A stretch of DNA of 59,746 bases, filler included, from Basidiobolus meristosporus CBS 931.73 (Eukaryota > Fungi > Basidiobolomycota), in NCBI GenBank assembly GCA_002104905.1. It is 3 parts of 3 records of this genome, joined end to end, with 100 filler letters (N's around TTAATTAATTAA, not from the genome) between each part and the next. Parts side by side here need not be neighbours in the genome. Positions count along the whole stretch, not along the records: positions 1 to 26,829 come from MCFE01000911.1; 2 more parts are not named here. The stretch is one strand, 5' to 3'. How positions within the stretch are numbered: the first letter of the stretch is position 1; each line of letters opens with the position of its first letter. This document shows positions 1 through 10,512 of this stretch, one piece after another. Under the pieces are notes generated by a model. That model worked only from the letters and a program-made list of their open reading frames with translations. It was not told the DNA's origin and did not search any database. Both the position numbers and the translations under genes were made by a program.

Positions 1-840
1 GTTTGTCTCCATCATGGTAGCTGCCAGTTTACAGTCTTCCATTTTGTACTTCTTTAGTATATCTTGAATATACTTGGATTGACTTAGGGTAATAGTCTGG
101 GTACTTCTGTCTATGGAGAACTTAATCCCTAAGTAGTAACTAAGTTCTCCTAGATTGGACATCTTGAACTCCTTAGATAGGCTGGTTTAGTTTCTTCCAA
201 TGTTTCTAGATTATTGGCGGCTATAATAAGATCATCCACATATAGAGCTAATAAAACTGGATTTGCTCTATCTGGCTTATAGTATATACTATAGTCAGTA
301 TTACTTCTTTTGAAACTCAGAGATTCCAAATAAGAATCTATCTTGCAATTCCAGGCTCTCAGTGATTGTTTGAGACCATATAGTGACTTTTTTAGCTTGC
401 AGACCAAATGAGGGTTATTTTGATCAACAAACCCATCAGGCTGGTCCATATACACGTCCTCAGCAAGTTCTCCATTCAAAAATGCAGTCTTTACATCAAT
501 TTGATCAATAAAAAACTTAATTTGGCTGCAAGAGCCAATATTAATCTGATGGAATTAAACTTGGCTACTGGTGCAAAGATCTCAGTATAGTCAAGTCCTT
601 TTGTTTGAGAGTATTCTTTGGCCACAAGTCTTGCATTTTACCTTTCAATTGTACCATCAGCCCTGCATTTTCTCTTGAAGACCCATCTGTATCCAATTGA
701 TTTTCGGTTGATTGGTAATTTGACTAAGTCCCAAGTTTGATTTTCCATCAGGGCCTGATATTCCTCAGTCATTGCAGATCTCCAAAACTTTGTCTAAGGG
801 CTATTTAGGGCCTCTTTTACAGTCTGGGGTTCATCAATAT
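1..840 (-). pseudogene. copia reverse transcriptase remnant with stops
   Basis: ORF 150-479 has MYMDQPDGF, LKKSLYGLKQS and YVDDLI motifs; the upstream RT start (WDLVKLP..GYRWVFK..[12 protein letters not shown]) is broken by stops. Confidence 0.9.
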
Positions 841-844
841 GGAC

Positions 845-2266
845 TTAATAGGCATAGGCTAAGTTTGTACCCTCATTGATATAGTAATTTGGGCTATTTC
901 TTGTCCGATTTGATCTCCGGGCATTTGATACTGGAATGATCACTTCTGGGAAATTCCTGGGCACTGATTCTGGCTGAACCATGGTTGTAGAGTCCTCTGG
1001 AGTGGAAAAATTTTCATTGTTTTGCTGTGATTCAATCCTGACAATTGGTGGACTTGAGATCAGAGCTTCTTCCTTTCTCTCCATAAAGTAGACCCATGTG
1101 TATCTTGTACAATCATCAATAAAAGTGATTAGATACTTCATCCCGCCTAAGGATAAATTTTGCATAGGTCCACACAGATCTGAGTGAATTAGATCTAATT
1201 TTTCCTTAGTTTTGATTAACCCAGAGCTCTTGAACGGTTGTCTGGCTTGTTTCCCATATATGCAGGCTTCACAGTGCTCCAAATTAGCTGGGGGATCAAT
1301 TTTCACTCCAGAAATTAGCTGATCTTTGATCATTTTGTGCAAATAATCAAAATTGATGTGTCCAAATCTCCTGTGCCAAAGCATTGGTGTTTCTTCATTT
1401 AAGTTACTTATATTGGCTTCCAAATATGATGGAATATAAGTCAACTTGTATAGATTCTGATCTCTGATGCCCAAAGCAATATGGGCACCATTTTGATCAG
1501 TGATCCTGCATCCAGAATTGTCAAAACTGAAACTGAGTCCTTCTGCTGTGGCCTTGCTTACAGAGAGTAGGTTCTTGGCTATTTCTGGTACATAGAGTAC
1601 TTCTTTAAAGGTCATTGTATGGCTTCCTTCACTGCTTCTAAGGTTTACTTGGATAGTTCCTTCTCCCACTGCATCAAGTGTTCTATTGTCACCCATGAAA
1701 ACCTTCTTAATTGGAATTTCTTGATATTGGGTAAAAAGTTCTTTTAGGTGTGTAAAGTGTTGAGAAGCTCCAGAGTCAATATACCACGTCTGAGAATCCT
1801 TGTTTGTGGTCATATTTAGTGCAGATATGAATAGTCTATCTTCAGTTGTTGCAGCATTTCCATATTCAGGCTTCTTTTGCTGATAATCTCTCTTATTGAA
1901 ACACCGGTCTGATGTGTGTCCTTTCCTTTTGCAGTAGTTGCAAAATAGGTTGCTGTTGCCTTTGTAGGGTCTTGGATACCTCCTTTGTTGGTTATCATTG
2001 CTTATTAAAGCATTTTCTTCTTCCTTCTTATTGGCACTTGATTTTCTTAATTCTTCATCCAGGAGCCTTCCATATACGTAATTTAAGGTCAAATCTTCAG
2101 TTCTGGACTCTAGGGCTGATACAAGGCCCTGAAACTCGTCTGTCAGGCTATTCAGGATGGTAACTATCACATCCTCATCAGTAGTTGGTACGCCCACAGA
2201 TTCCATCTCATCTACCAGCAGGGTAATTCTGTTAATTAGATTTTTCATTTCTTCTCCTGGCAGCAT
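845..2266 (-). pseudogene. copia gag-protease-integrase fragment with in-frame deletion of the integrase core
   Basis: 473-aa ORF jumps from YTWVYFMERKEE directly to ALISSPPIVRIES. About 200 codons present in the sister copy at 18350-18955 are missing. Confidence 0.9.
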
Positions 2267-2485
2267 CTTTGTAGTAAAGAATTATCTTCTCACATACATT
2301 TTCTTGGCAGCTGAACATGACTGGTAGGTGTCTTCTTATGCCTTCCAGGCATTCTTTGCCGTTTTTGCTCTTGAGCATTGAATTAGCAATTTGTCCTTAA
2401 CATTAAGGCAAATGCAGTTAAAGGCACTTTGTTCTTTCTTCTGGTACTTCAAGGCTTCCTCTCCCACGTTTTTAGGAGGGCATTC

Positions 2486-2872
2486 TGTGAGTACTCAATG
2501 TAGTACCCACTCTTTGCCCAAGAGTTCTCCCAAGAGTTCCCTCCAGAGTCCTACCCGAAGTCCTCCAGTACCCTCCCTATGATTCCCCCACGCATCCTCC
2601 CCTCCTATCCCTGCCCTTATCTAGTTAGAACACTTACCATAACAGGAAGGTGTTCACACCCCTATTTTATAACACATTGTCTATTGTCTAAGCCCCCCCA
2701 AGTGATATATATATCTACCCAATTGAACCAGGAAGAACAACAAGATTTGGACGAAATAAACAGAAGTCTTTATTACCTTGCTATCTTCTATTGGAAGCTA
2801 TTCTGAACCAAGTGGTACTGACTTGACCTACAAGCTCTCCCACTCACCAAGTACAGTCAGTAATAACCCACA
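2486..2872 (+). repeat. 5' LTR of gypsy element 1
   Basis: Direct repeat of 8872-9258; TGTGAG...CCCACA. Confidence 0.97.
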
Positions 2873-2876
2873 TATT

Positions 2877-2888
2877 TGGTGCCATCTC
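2877..2888 (+). promoter_or_regulatory. primer binding site TGGTGCCATCTC (tRNA-His-like)
   Basis: Lies 4 nt after the 5' LTR and starts with TGG (complement of CCA). It matches the 3' end GAGATGGCA-CCA of S. cerevisiae tRNA-His as I recall it. Confidence 0.6.
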
Positions 2889-2913
2889 TGCGGAAATAAG
2901 CACAAGTGAGGTA

Positions 2914-3786
2914 ATGACTACTACAATCAAACTAAAAACATACAAGGGAAAGAGAGAGAAAGCCCTTGTGTGGTTCGATAAGTTTGAGAGAGTTGCGGTT
3001 GATGCAGGATGGGACGACAATAAGAAAGTAAGAGAGTTCGCAAGACATATGGAAGGGTCAGCATGGCAATGGCATTATGGGTTGGAAGACGCAGTCAAAG
3101 ACGACTGGGATGCACTAGAAGAAGCCTACAAGACATGCTTTCTATATGCCAAAGGATAGCACTACAAAGCCCTTCTACTGTCCTTGCAGAAGAAAAGCAG
3201 TGAAAGCTATGAAGCCTACACTGAACTGTTTCTCCAATGAGTTTGATGTCTCCCAAAGGACAAAATCACCAAACGACAGCTCATGAGGTATTACATCATG
3301 GGCTTAGACGACGAAATAAGATGTAGGGCGTCCAAAGAACAACAGGGATGTAAAATGTTGCAAGAGTTGGTTGAACAAGTATGAGGGGTCATCTTGCTAT
3401 GGGGGCTACCCTATAGTGATACGAATGATTGAAGGACAGGGATCCCCTGTAAGAAAGGAAAAATCGCCTCCCCAAAAGACCGTGAGTTAGAGGAATTGCG
3501 GCAAAAGGTCCAAGAACTCTTGATCAACAATGTCCAAGAAGTCCCCAAAGAAGGTGATAAACTCTGGGAAGCTGTCGTAGATCTAAAGGCCCAGGTTCAA
3601 GTCCTGACCCAACAGATGGAACGACCGCAACAACAGTATCTGTGTTATGTGTGTGGAGAAGTAGGTCACTGGGCCCATGAATGTGAAAAACGGTACGGAA
3701 GAGAAGCTGTACCGGACACAAAAGAGAAGAAGGCGTCAAAAGACAGAGTCCCTTGCCAGGAGGCCAACGGGACTCAGTCAATCTAA
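2914..3786 (+). pseudogene. gypsy gag with CCHC knuckle, 5 in-frame stops
   Basis: One frame from MTTTIKLK..WFDKFERVA to CYVCGEVGHWAHEC. The stops (1 TAG, 4 TGA) are all one C>T away from Gln/Arg codons. Confidence 0.9.
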
Positions 3787-6700
3787 GCCCTCCAGTCAGG
3801 ACAATCAAAGTGCGGAAGAAGAAGCGTTGACATGATGCTTCTAGAGAGGAGGTGAAGGAACCTGTAGTAGAGGTTCCGTCAAAAGGAAAGAGCGCGGAAT
3901 TAGGTGAAGAAGTACGGAATGAACCTTGGGAAGAAGTGTTAAAGCAAACAAAGAATGCTAGCACGTCTTCCCATGGCCTATTCCCCATAATGAAGGTACT
4001 AGAGCAAACCAAGGCAACCCTCCCAATAACCAATTTACTGGGACTGGCCCCGGCTCTAGTCAAGGAACTGATAGAGGGATTGAAGGAGATAACAACCCTC
4101 CATGTCAACCAGACGGTCCTGCAAAAACCGAATAAAGGTACATACGTAAAGGTACGTATAGAGAATAAGGAGATTCTCGCCCTTATTGACACAGGATCCT
4201 CTACGTTGATCATGTCAGAGTCATTAGCAAAACATCTAAAACTAAATATAGTCCCCAACGACACCATTTGAGTATGGCTAGCGAATGACCAACTGGATAC
4301 AACGGTAGGTGTGGTGCCTAATTGCCCCATTCGGCTAGGCAACTTGATAATATGCCAAGATGTTGTGGTCCTACCTGTTGCAGCCAATGACTTACTCATT
4401 GGCAAGAGTTGGTTTATCCAACATAAGATGGATATACTTTACAGTGCATCTGAACTCAGGTGGGATACCAAGAGTATCCCACTGATTCATATCACCGATG
4501 TGAGCAAGGCGCGTAGCAACAGTGTGACAATTGAAGAGGTGAAACCGTTGCAGTCTCCGATCATCACACAAAAGGTGATAAAAATACCACCCGCCAGTAA
4601 GACGGTGATCTCATTAGAAACACCAATAGCTTATTCAACAAGCGGAAGAATGATAACCGCAGCGAAAGCATCCAAGCAACTGGAAGGAATCTTGATCCCT
4701 AAAGTATGGATACCACCAAAATTTGAAACGCAAAGCCTGAAATGCTTAGTGGTTAACAACGGGCAACACACGGTGACATTGCCTAGAGGAGTGCCATTGT
4801 TAAACTTAGAGGAAGTCGATGGAAACGACCAAGGACCACCTCCAAACAAAGAACCAGAAGAAGAACTCCCCAAACTAGATGTGGACCCCGGTCTACCGCC
4901 TACGTTACGAGACAAATTCCTAGAAGGAATATGTCCGCTTGCCCAAGTATTCTCTAAGAACCAAGTAATTGGTCATATACCTGGGGTATATCACCAAATC
5001 CACCTCGCCAACAAATACCCCATCAAGCAAAAAGCCTATAGGAATTCAAAAATTGACACAGACTATATCAAAGAGACGATTGAAACTTTATTAAAAGACG
5101 ACATCATTACAGAGAGCCAGTCTCCGTGGGCCTCCCCCGTAGTGATAGTCCCGAAGAAAGACAGAAAGTAACGCTTTTGCATCGACTACCGGAAATTGAA
5201 CGCCGTCACCCGGAAGGACGTGTATCCACTACCGCAAATAGACAACCTCTTGGACAGATTAATCGGAGCTAAATATTTTAGCTCTCTTGACTTAATCTCC
5301 GGGTATTGGCAAGTAGAAGTAGCCCCGGAAGATCAACCCAAAACCGCTTTTATAACATCGTTTGGATTATACAAATGGAACCGACTACCCTTTGGCTTGT
5401 GCAATGCCCCCGCTACGTTCCAAAGGATGATTGACAAGGTGCTAGGAAATCTACGATGGGAATGCGCCCTTGTGTATCTGGACAACATCATGATATATTC
5501 CCCCAATGTAGAAGAACATATACACGACGTGCAACGTATCCTGACATCCCTCCTCGAGAACCAACTTAAACTACATCCCAAGAAGTGCCATTTCCTGTAC
5601 ACAAAATTGTTGTTCCTGGGCCACGAGATCTCGGCAGATGGAATATACCCATCTACGTCACTCCTGAAAGCCGTTCAAAATGCACCTGCACCAAAGGACA
5701 TTAATGCAGCGTTGGGATTCCTAGGATTAGCCGGCTACTATCGCCGCTTTGTCAAAAACTTTGCGACAATAGCAGCCCCCCTATACAAATTGACGCAAAA
5801 GGGCCAGTGTTTTGTATGGTTGGAGCCTCAAAAGAGAGCATTCAATCAGCTGAAACATTCCCTGACGTAACCGCCAGTGTTACGATTTCCCAATTGGGAT
5901 GCGAGATTTTTTATTAACTGTGATGGAAGCCTCACCGGTATAGGCGCCGTACTGGGACAATACCACCAACCCGGCAAATTCCACCCGATTGGTTATGTGA
6001 GCTGTTTGCTAAACAAGCACAAACGCCACTACCCCGTTACCGAGATAGAATGTCTGGCTGTTGTTTATTCAATTAAACAATTCCATACATACATACATGG
6101 TTGCCGATTCACAATAGTAACGGACCACAGTGCACTGGTCTGGCTGATGAAAACTAAAGACTTTACCGGCCGACTAGCACGTTGGGCCCTACAACTACAG
6201 CAGTACAACTTTGAAATAATTCACCACGCTGGCAAGAAACACCAGGACGCAGACTTCCTTAGTTGCTATCCCGTTTGCCAAATACATGTCAGTGATGAGT
6301 ACAAGGATGTAATCTGCTTTAAAAAGAAAGGGAGGTATCCCAAACACGTCATTACAAACAAGCAGAAGAGAGAATTTCAAAGGAAATGGTGTCAGTACAA
6401 AGGACAAGAAAATTGACTATGGGTCCTCCAAGGACAGTCCAGAGCCAAGGTACCCCCACTAGCAGCCCGTGAAGAAATCATACAAGAAAGACATATGTCA
6501 TTAGGACATGCTAACCCCCTAACGACATATAAGATGCTAAGAAAAACGTTTTATTGGCAAAAAATGATGACCGACGTTACAAATACGTTACAAAGATGCA
6601 CCACTTGCAAAAGATTCAACCGGAGTCTGAAGATAGGGACAACCGCACCAATACCGGTTGACCTGCCCTTCCACCGAGTAGGGATCGACTTTGTTGGCCC

Positions 6701-7529
6701 CTTTATGAAAACAAAGAAAGGAGAACAATACATAATAATCGCTACCGATTATTTCTCAAAGTGGGTAGAAGCCCAAGCCATCCGCAATAAAGATCAGAAG
6801 ACAACCGCCCGATTCATTCTAGAACACCTCATCTGCCAACACAGATATCCTCAGATACTCCTGTCTGACAATGGTGGTTCCTTCCTGAACGACACCATGG
6901 CCCACCTGTGCAAAATGATGGGCGTGAAACAAGTCTTCACGGCCGCGTATCACCCCCAGACTGACGGATTAACCAAGAGGATGAACCAGACGTGTTGCCG
7001 CATACTGGAGAAGCTTCACTGGGAACTTCCCCAATCATGGGCCAAGCTGCTCCCACTGACACTCCTAGCAATGCGCACCACACCGAATAAAACAACGGGT
7101 TTCTCCCCATATGAAATCCTATATGGACAAAGACCCAAGTGGCGGGAGGAAGCTGGATTGACAATGGAAGGTGTCCCCCTGACGACACATAACAACTATA
7201 TAGAAAGGTTGATACACTGTATCGCCCACCTATACATAAAAGTATTCGAAAATGTCGACAAGCACCTTCCCCCTCCACCCAAAAATGAGAAACTAACAAG
7301 ACAAAAGTGGAAACCAGGCAATAAGGTGTGGTACAACCATACCGTTGCAGGCCTCAAGTTCCGCCCACAATTTACACCCCGATGGATTGGCCCATGCACC
7401 GTTATCAGTTCGGACCACAGACCAAAGTACACCATCACCCTGAATAATAAGACAATCAGCAACGTAGCGCCAGCCCATCTGAAACCGTTTCATGATGATC
7501 CACCGATCATCACTGAGACCGAAGTGTGA
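3750..7529 (+). pseudogene. gypsy pol (PR-RT-RNaseH-IN), single frame (-1 to gag) with in-frame stops
   Basis: ORFs 3852, 4311, 5196, 5877 and 6495 share one frame. Motifs: LIDTGSS, SPWASPVVIVPKK, RFCIDYRKLN, YLDN (mutated YxDD), NCDGS, VTDHSAL, GIDFVGP, YHPQTDG, RWIGP. The start coordinate is approximate. Confidence 0.93.
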
Positions 7530-7658
7530 TTAAACGATTATCAGGACAAGGATAGAGGAAGACACGGGATACATTTGAAATTTATTAGAGGAGATTTTAG
7601 TCAATATAGGTACAAATAATATGCGCAAGGGAGTTCGCCCAAAGGGGAGAACAAAAGA

Positions 7659-8828
7659 ATGCATATGGAAAGCGCCAAAGGAAACAGTTCACCCAAAACT
7701 GGCAATACCCCTCCCACTAGCGAGAACCAAGATGATACCAAAAACAAAACCAACCTGCAAGTGTTAAGAGATATGGTACGAGCGTTACGTATGACGAGAG
7801 CCACCTATGAAGAGTTGTTTGCCGGAGCAGTCATGCTAATACAAGACACGATCAGAGAGGGACAAGACAAGTTACCCACGCCAATACAAAGCATGGAGAT
7901 ACTACCGGAGAAGACCGTGTACCACCTAAGAGGAGGTTCCTTGATCATTAAGGAGAAGGACGCCGTGCTGATTCCTGTATCCATACTGGACACAGTCAGA
8001 CAGAAGACACAAGGAATCAACTGTCACACCCTCATGAGACCTTGAGAGCCCCCCTGTTTTGTTGCATACTTGCCATTAATAGGTACCACGGTTGTTGAGG
8101 TATACGCAGACCTGGTACAAGCTGCAAGAGCACCAGAAGTAGAACTCCCAATCAAAGGACTCCTCCAAGAAATTTGCAAACATCTCAAACCACATTTCCA
8201 AGAAGGAACCATCTTAGAGAAGATACGCGAATGGATTAAATACACCGGCCAGTTAACCCATGCGATCCACCGAGTTGCTGTGTTACAACTATTACAGTGG
8301 TTTACCATAGGACAACTCAGGAATCAGTACAAAGTCCAACTCCAAGAAGCCAAAGAAACCGCCTCGGATTCTGTAGAAACCATGAGGCAAGTACAAAAGC
8401 GCCTTGATCGCGCCACAGTTTCTACGGAAGAACTACAATACCTCTTGGAAGAAGCAAAAACTTGTTATCAACAACAGGTGACTGCCGACCGAGTGTATGC
8501 CCTCTTCAAAAGGTCCCCTGCCGTCATATTGAACACAAAAAGGACAAGCCCCAATAACATTTGCAAGATAAAGAAGCAAGACTTTATCGCGCTATTGCAC
8601 CTTTTCTCGTTCTCCGACCCTCCCAAGGAACTTACCCAGAACCCTATGGTTTGCTAACTATTTGGCTCTGTGGAAAACATCCCTCAAGCAACACAGGCCG
8701 CACCCCACTCTGCTGCCAAATGGTATCAGGTACTTGCCCGCGATCCCCTTGTGAGTGACAACCAGCAATGGTACTACGGTGACTCCCCATGCTCCGTAAA
8801 CAAAATTGATCCTGGAGAAGCGAGTTAG
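7659..8828 (+). pseudogene. extra ORF3 of gypsy element 1 (~389 codons, unknown function), 2 in-frame stops
   Basis: ORFs 7659-8045 and 8070-8657 and the segment to TAG 8826-8828 are one frame, broken only by TGA 8043 and TAA 8655. It lies between the integrase stop and the 3' LTR. Confidence 0.75.
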
Positions 8829-8871
8829 TCAAAGAACTTTGAGGACAAAGCTCCCACTTACCCCCGGGATA

Positions 8872-9258
8872 TGTGAGTACTCAATGTAGTACCCACTCTT
8901 TGCCCAAGAGTTCTCCCAAGAGTTCCCTCCAGAGTCCTACCCAAAGTCCTCCAGTACCCTCCCTATGATTCCCCCACGCATCCTCCCCTCCTATCCCTGC
9001 CCTTATCTAGTTAGAACACTTACCATAACAGGAAGGTGTTCACACCCCTATTTTATAACACATTGTCTATTGTCTAAGCCCCCCCAAGTGATATATATAT
9101 CTACCCAATTGAACTAGGAAGAACAACAAGATTTGGACGAAATAAACAGAAGTCTTTATTACCTTCCTATCTTCTATTGGAAGCTATTCTGAACCAAGTG
9201 GTACTGACTTGACCTACAAGCTCTCCCACTCACCAAGTACAGTCAGTAATAACCCACA
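8872..9258 (+). repeat. 3' LTR of gypsy element 1
   Basis: Direct repeat of 2486-2872. Confidence 0.97.
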
Positions 9259-9426
9259 CATTCTTCTCCTATGACAATATCCCAAAGGCCTCTTTCTTGT
9301 AGCAGCATCTTCATCTTCACCTTCCACACTTGGTAGTGAAATCCATCCAACTTTTCAGCAGAGGGAAAAATTCCAGTAATAGCAGTAGTAGACATTGCAG
9401 AGAGTGAGAGCTTGGGGCTCATAACC

Positions 9427-9775
9427 TGTTGTAGGAGTCTTGGAGATATTGGAAGTGACTTGGAGAACAAGTAGATTATGAGGTTTTCACTTAATGAATT
9501 ATTGAATGTAAAAGTAGTATTTATACTTTTACCTGGTCTTGGCATTACAAACACGTAGAATAGGTTAAGGAAGGTCCCAAGAGCATGTGTGCAAAGTTTG
9601 GGGCTGTTTGGACAACTTTGAGAATTTTCATGTTCTGGGTACCTGGCATTTTGGTGAAGATATTCTAAGTAAATCCCGACAAGGAATTTGGTCAGTATTC
9701 TCTAGGATTTGAAGGTAATGATCTAAGTGACTAAGTTAGGTGAATATTTAGGTGGAAATACAAATTTTTACAACA
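9427..9775 (-). repeat. copia 5' LTR (349 bp)
   Basis: TGTTG...CAACA; followed on the minus strand by GGTTATGAGCCC and the gag start. Confidence 0.93.
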
Positions 9776-10290
9776 TTCTTCTCCCATGACAATATCCTAA
9801 TGGCCTCTTTCTTGTAGCAGCATCTTCATCTTCACCTTCCACACTAGGTAGTGGGATCCATCCAGCTTTTCAGCTGAGGGAAAAATTCCAGTAGTAGCAG
9901 TAGTAGATATTGCAGAGAGTGACAGCTCAGGGCTCATAACCTGTTGTAAGAGTCTTGGAGATATCAGCAGTGATTGGGAGAACAAGTAGATTATGTGGTT
10001 TTCACTTAAGGATTTATTGAATGTAAAAGTAGTATTTATACTTTTACATGGTCATGGCATAGCAAACACATAGAATGGGTTAAGGAAGCTCCCAAGAGCA
10101 TGTGTGCAAAGTTTGGGGCTGTTTGGACAACTTTGAGAATTTTCATGTTCTGGGTGCCTGGTATTTTGGTGAAAATATTTCAAGTATATCCCAAACAGGA
10201 ATTTGGTTGGTATTCTCTAGGACTCAAAGGTAATGATTTAAGTGACTAAGCTAGGTGAATATTTAGGTGGAATTACAAATTTTTACAACA
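9776..10290 (-). mobile_element. second copia 5' end: LTR 9942-10290 plus PBS and ~165 bp of gag
   Basis: 515-bp unit repeating 9261-9775 at roughly 90% identity by eye. Confidence 0.9.
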
Positions 10291-10364
10291 TTATTCAGTG
10301 AAAACCAGTTAATTTACTTGTCCTCTCATATCACTTCCAATATTGCCTAGACTCTTAGAACAGC

Positions 10365-10512
10365 AATATCAGGCCCTGATGGAAAAGCAACTTGGGACTT
10401 AGACAAATTACATGTTAGCCAAAAGCTGATTGGATGCAGATGGGTCTTTAAGACAAAGTGCAAGGTGAATGGTACAATTGAAAGATACAAATTATGATTT
10501 GTGGCCAAAGGA
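10365..10512 (+). pseudogene. copia RT N-terminal fragment
   Basis: Similar to 20071-20220 (caggccctgatggaaaa...gtggccaaagga); ends at the LTR starting at 10513. Confidence 0.7.

Larger units (their letters stand above)
2486..9258 (+). mobile_element. Ty3/gypsy LTR retrotransposon, full length (6773 bp), non-chromovirus, with extra ORF3
   Basis: 387-bp LTRs at 2486-2872 and 8872-9258 (TG...CA, 3 mismatches by eye), 5-bp TSD CATTC at 2481-2485 and 9259-9263, domain order gag-PR-RT-RH-IN. Confidence 0.97.
1..9775 (-). mobile_element. Ty1/copia LTR retrotransposon (copy A), interrupted by a gypsy insertion at 2486-9258; 5' LTR 9427-9775; 3' part runs off the window
   Basis: Minus-strand gag (ERGLWDIV..EECPPK restored when the gypsy is removed), zinc knuckle CNYCKRKGHTSDRC, protease WYIDSGASQH, pre-integrase HRRFGH..CEAC, and RT (LKKSLYGLKQS, LYVDDLII) in copia order PR-IN-RT. 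LTR TGTTG...CAACA is followed by PBS GGTTATGAGCCC. Confidence 0.95.

Noticed and set aside
3524-4405. 293-aa antisense ORF in gypsy 1, and similar antisense ORFs across TEs and ferroportin
   Set aside because: Shadows of sense coding frames with no motifs.
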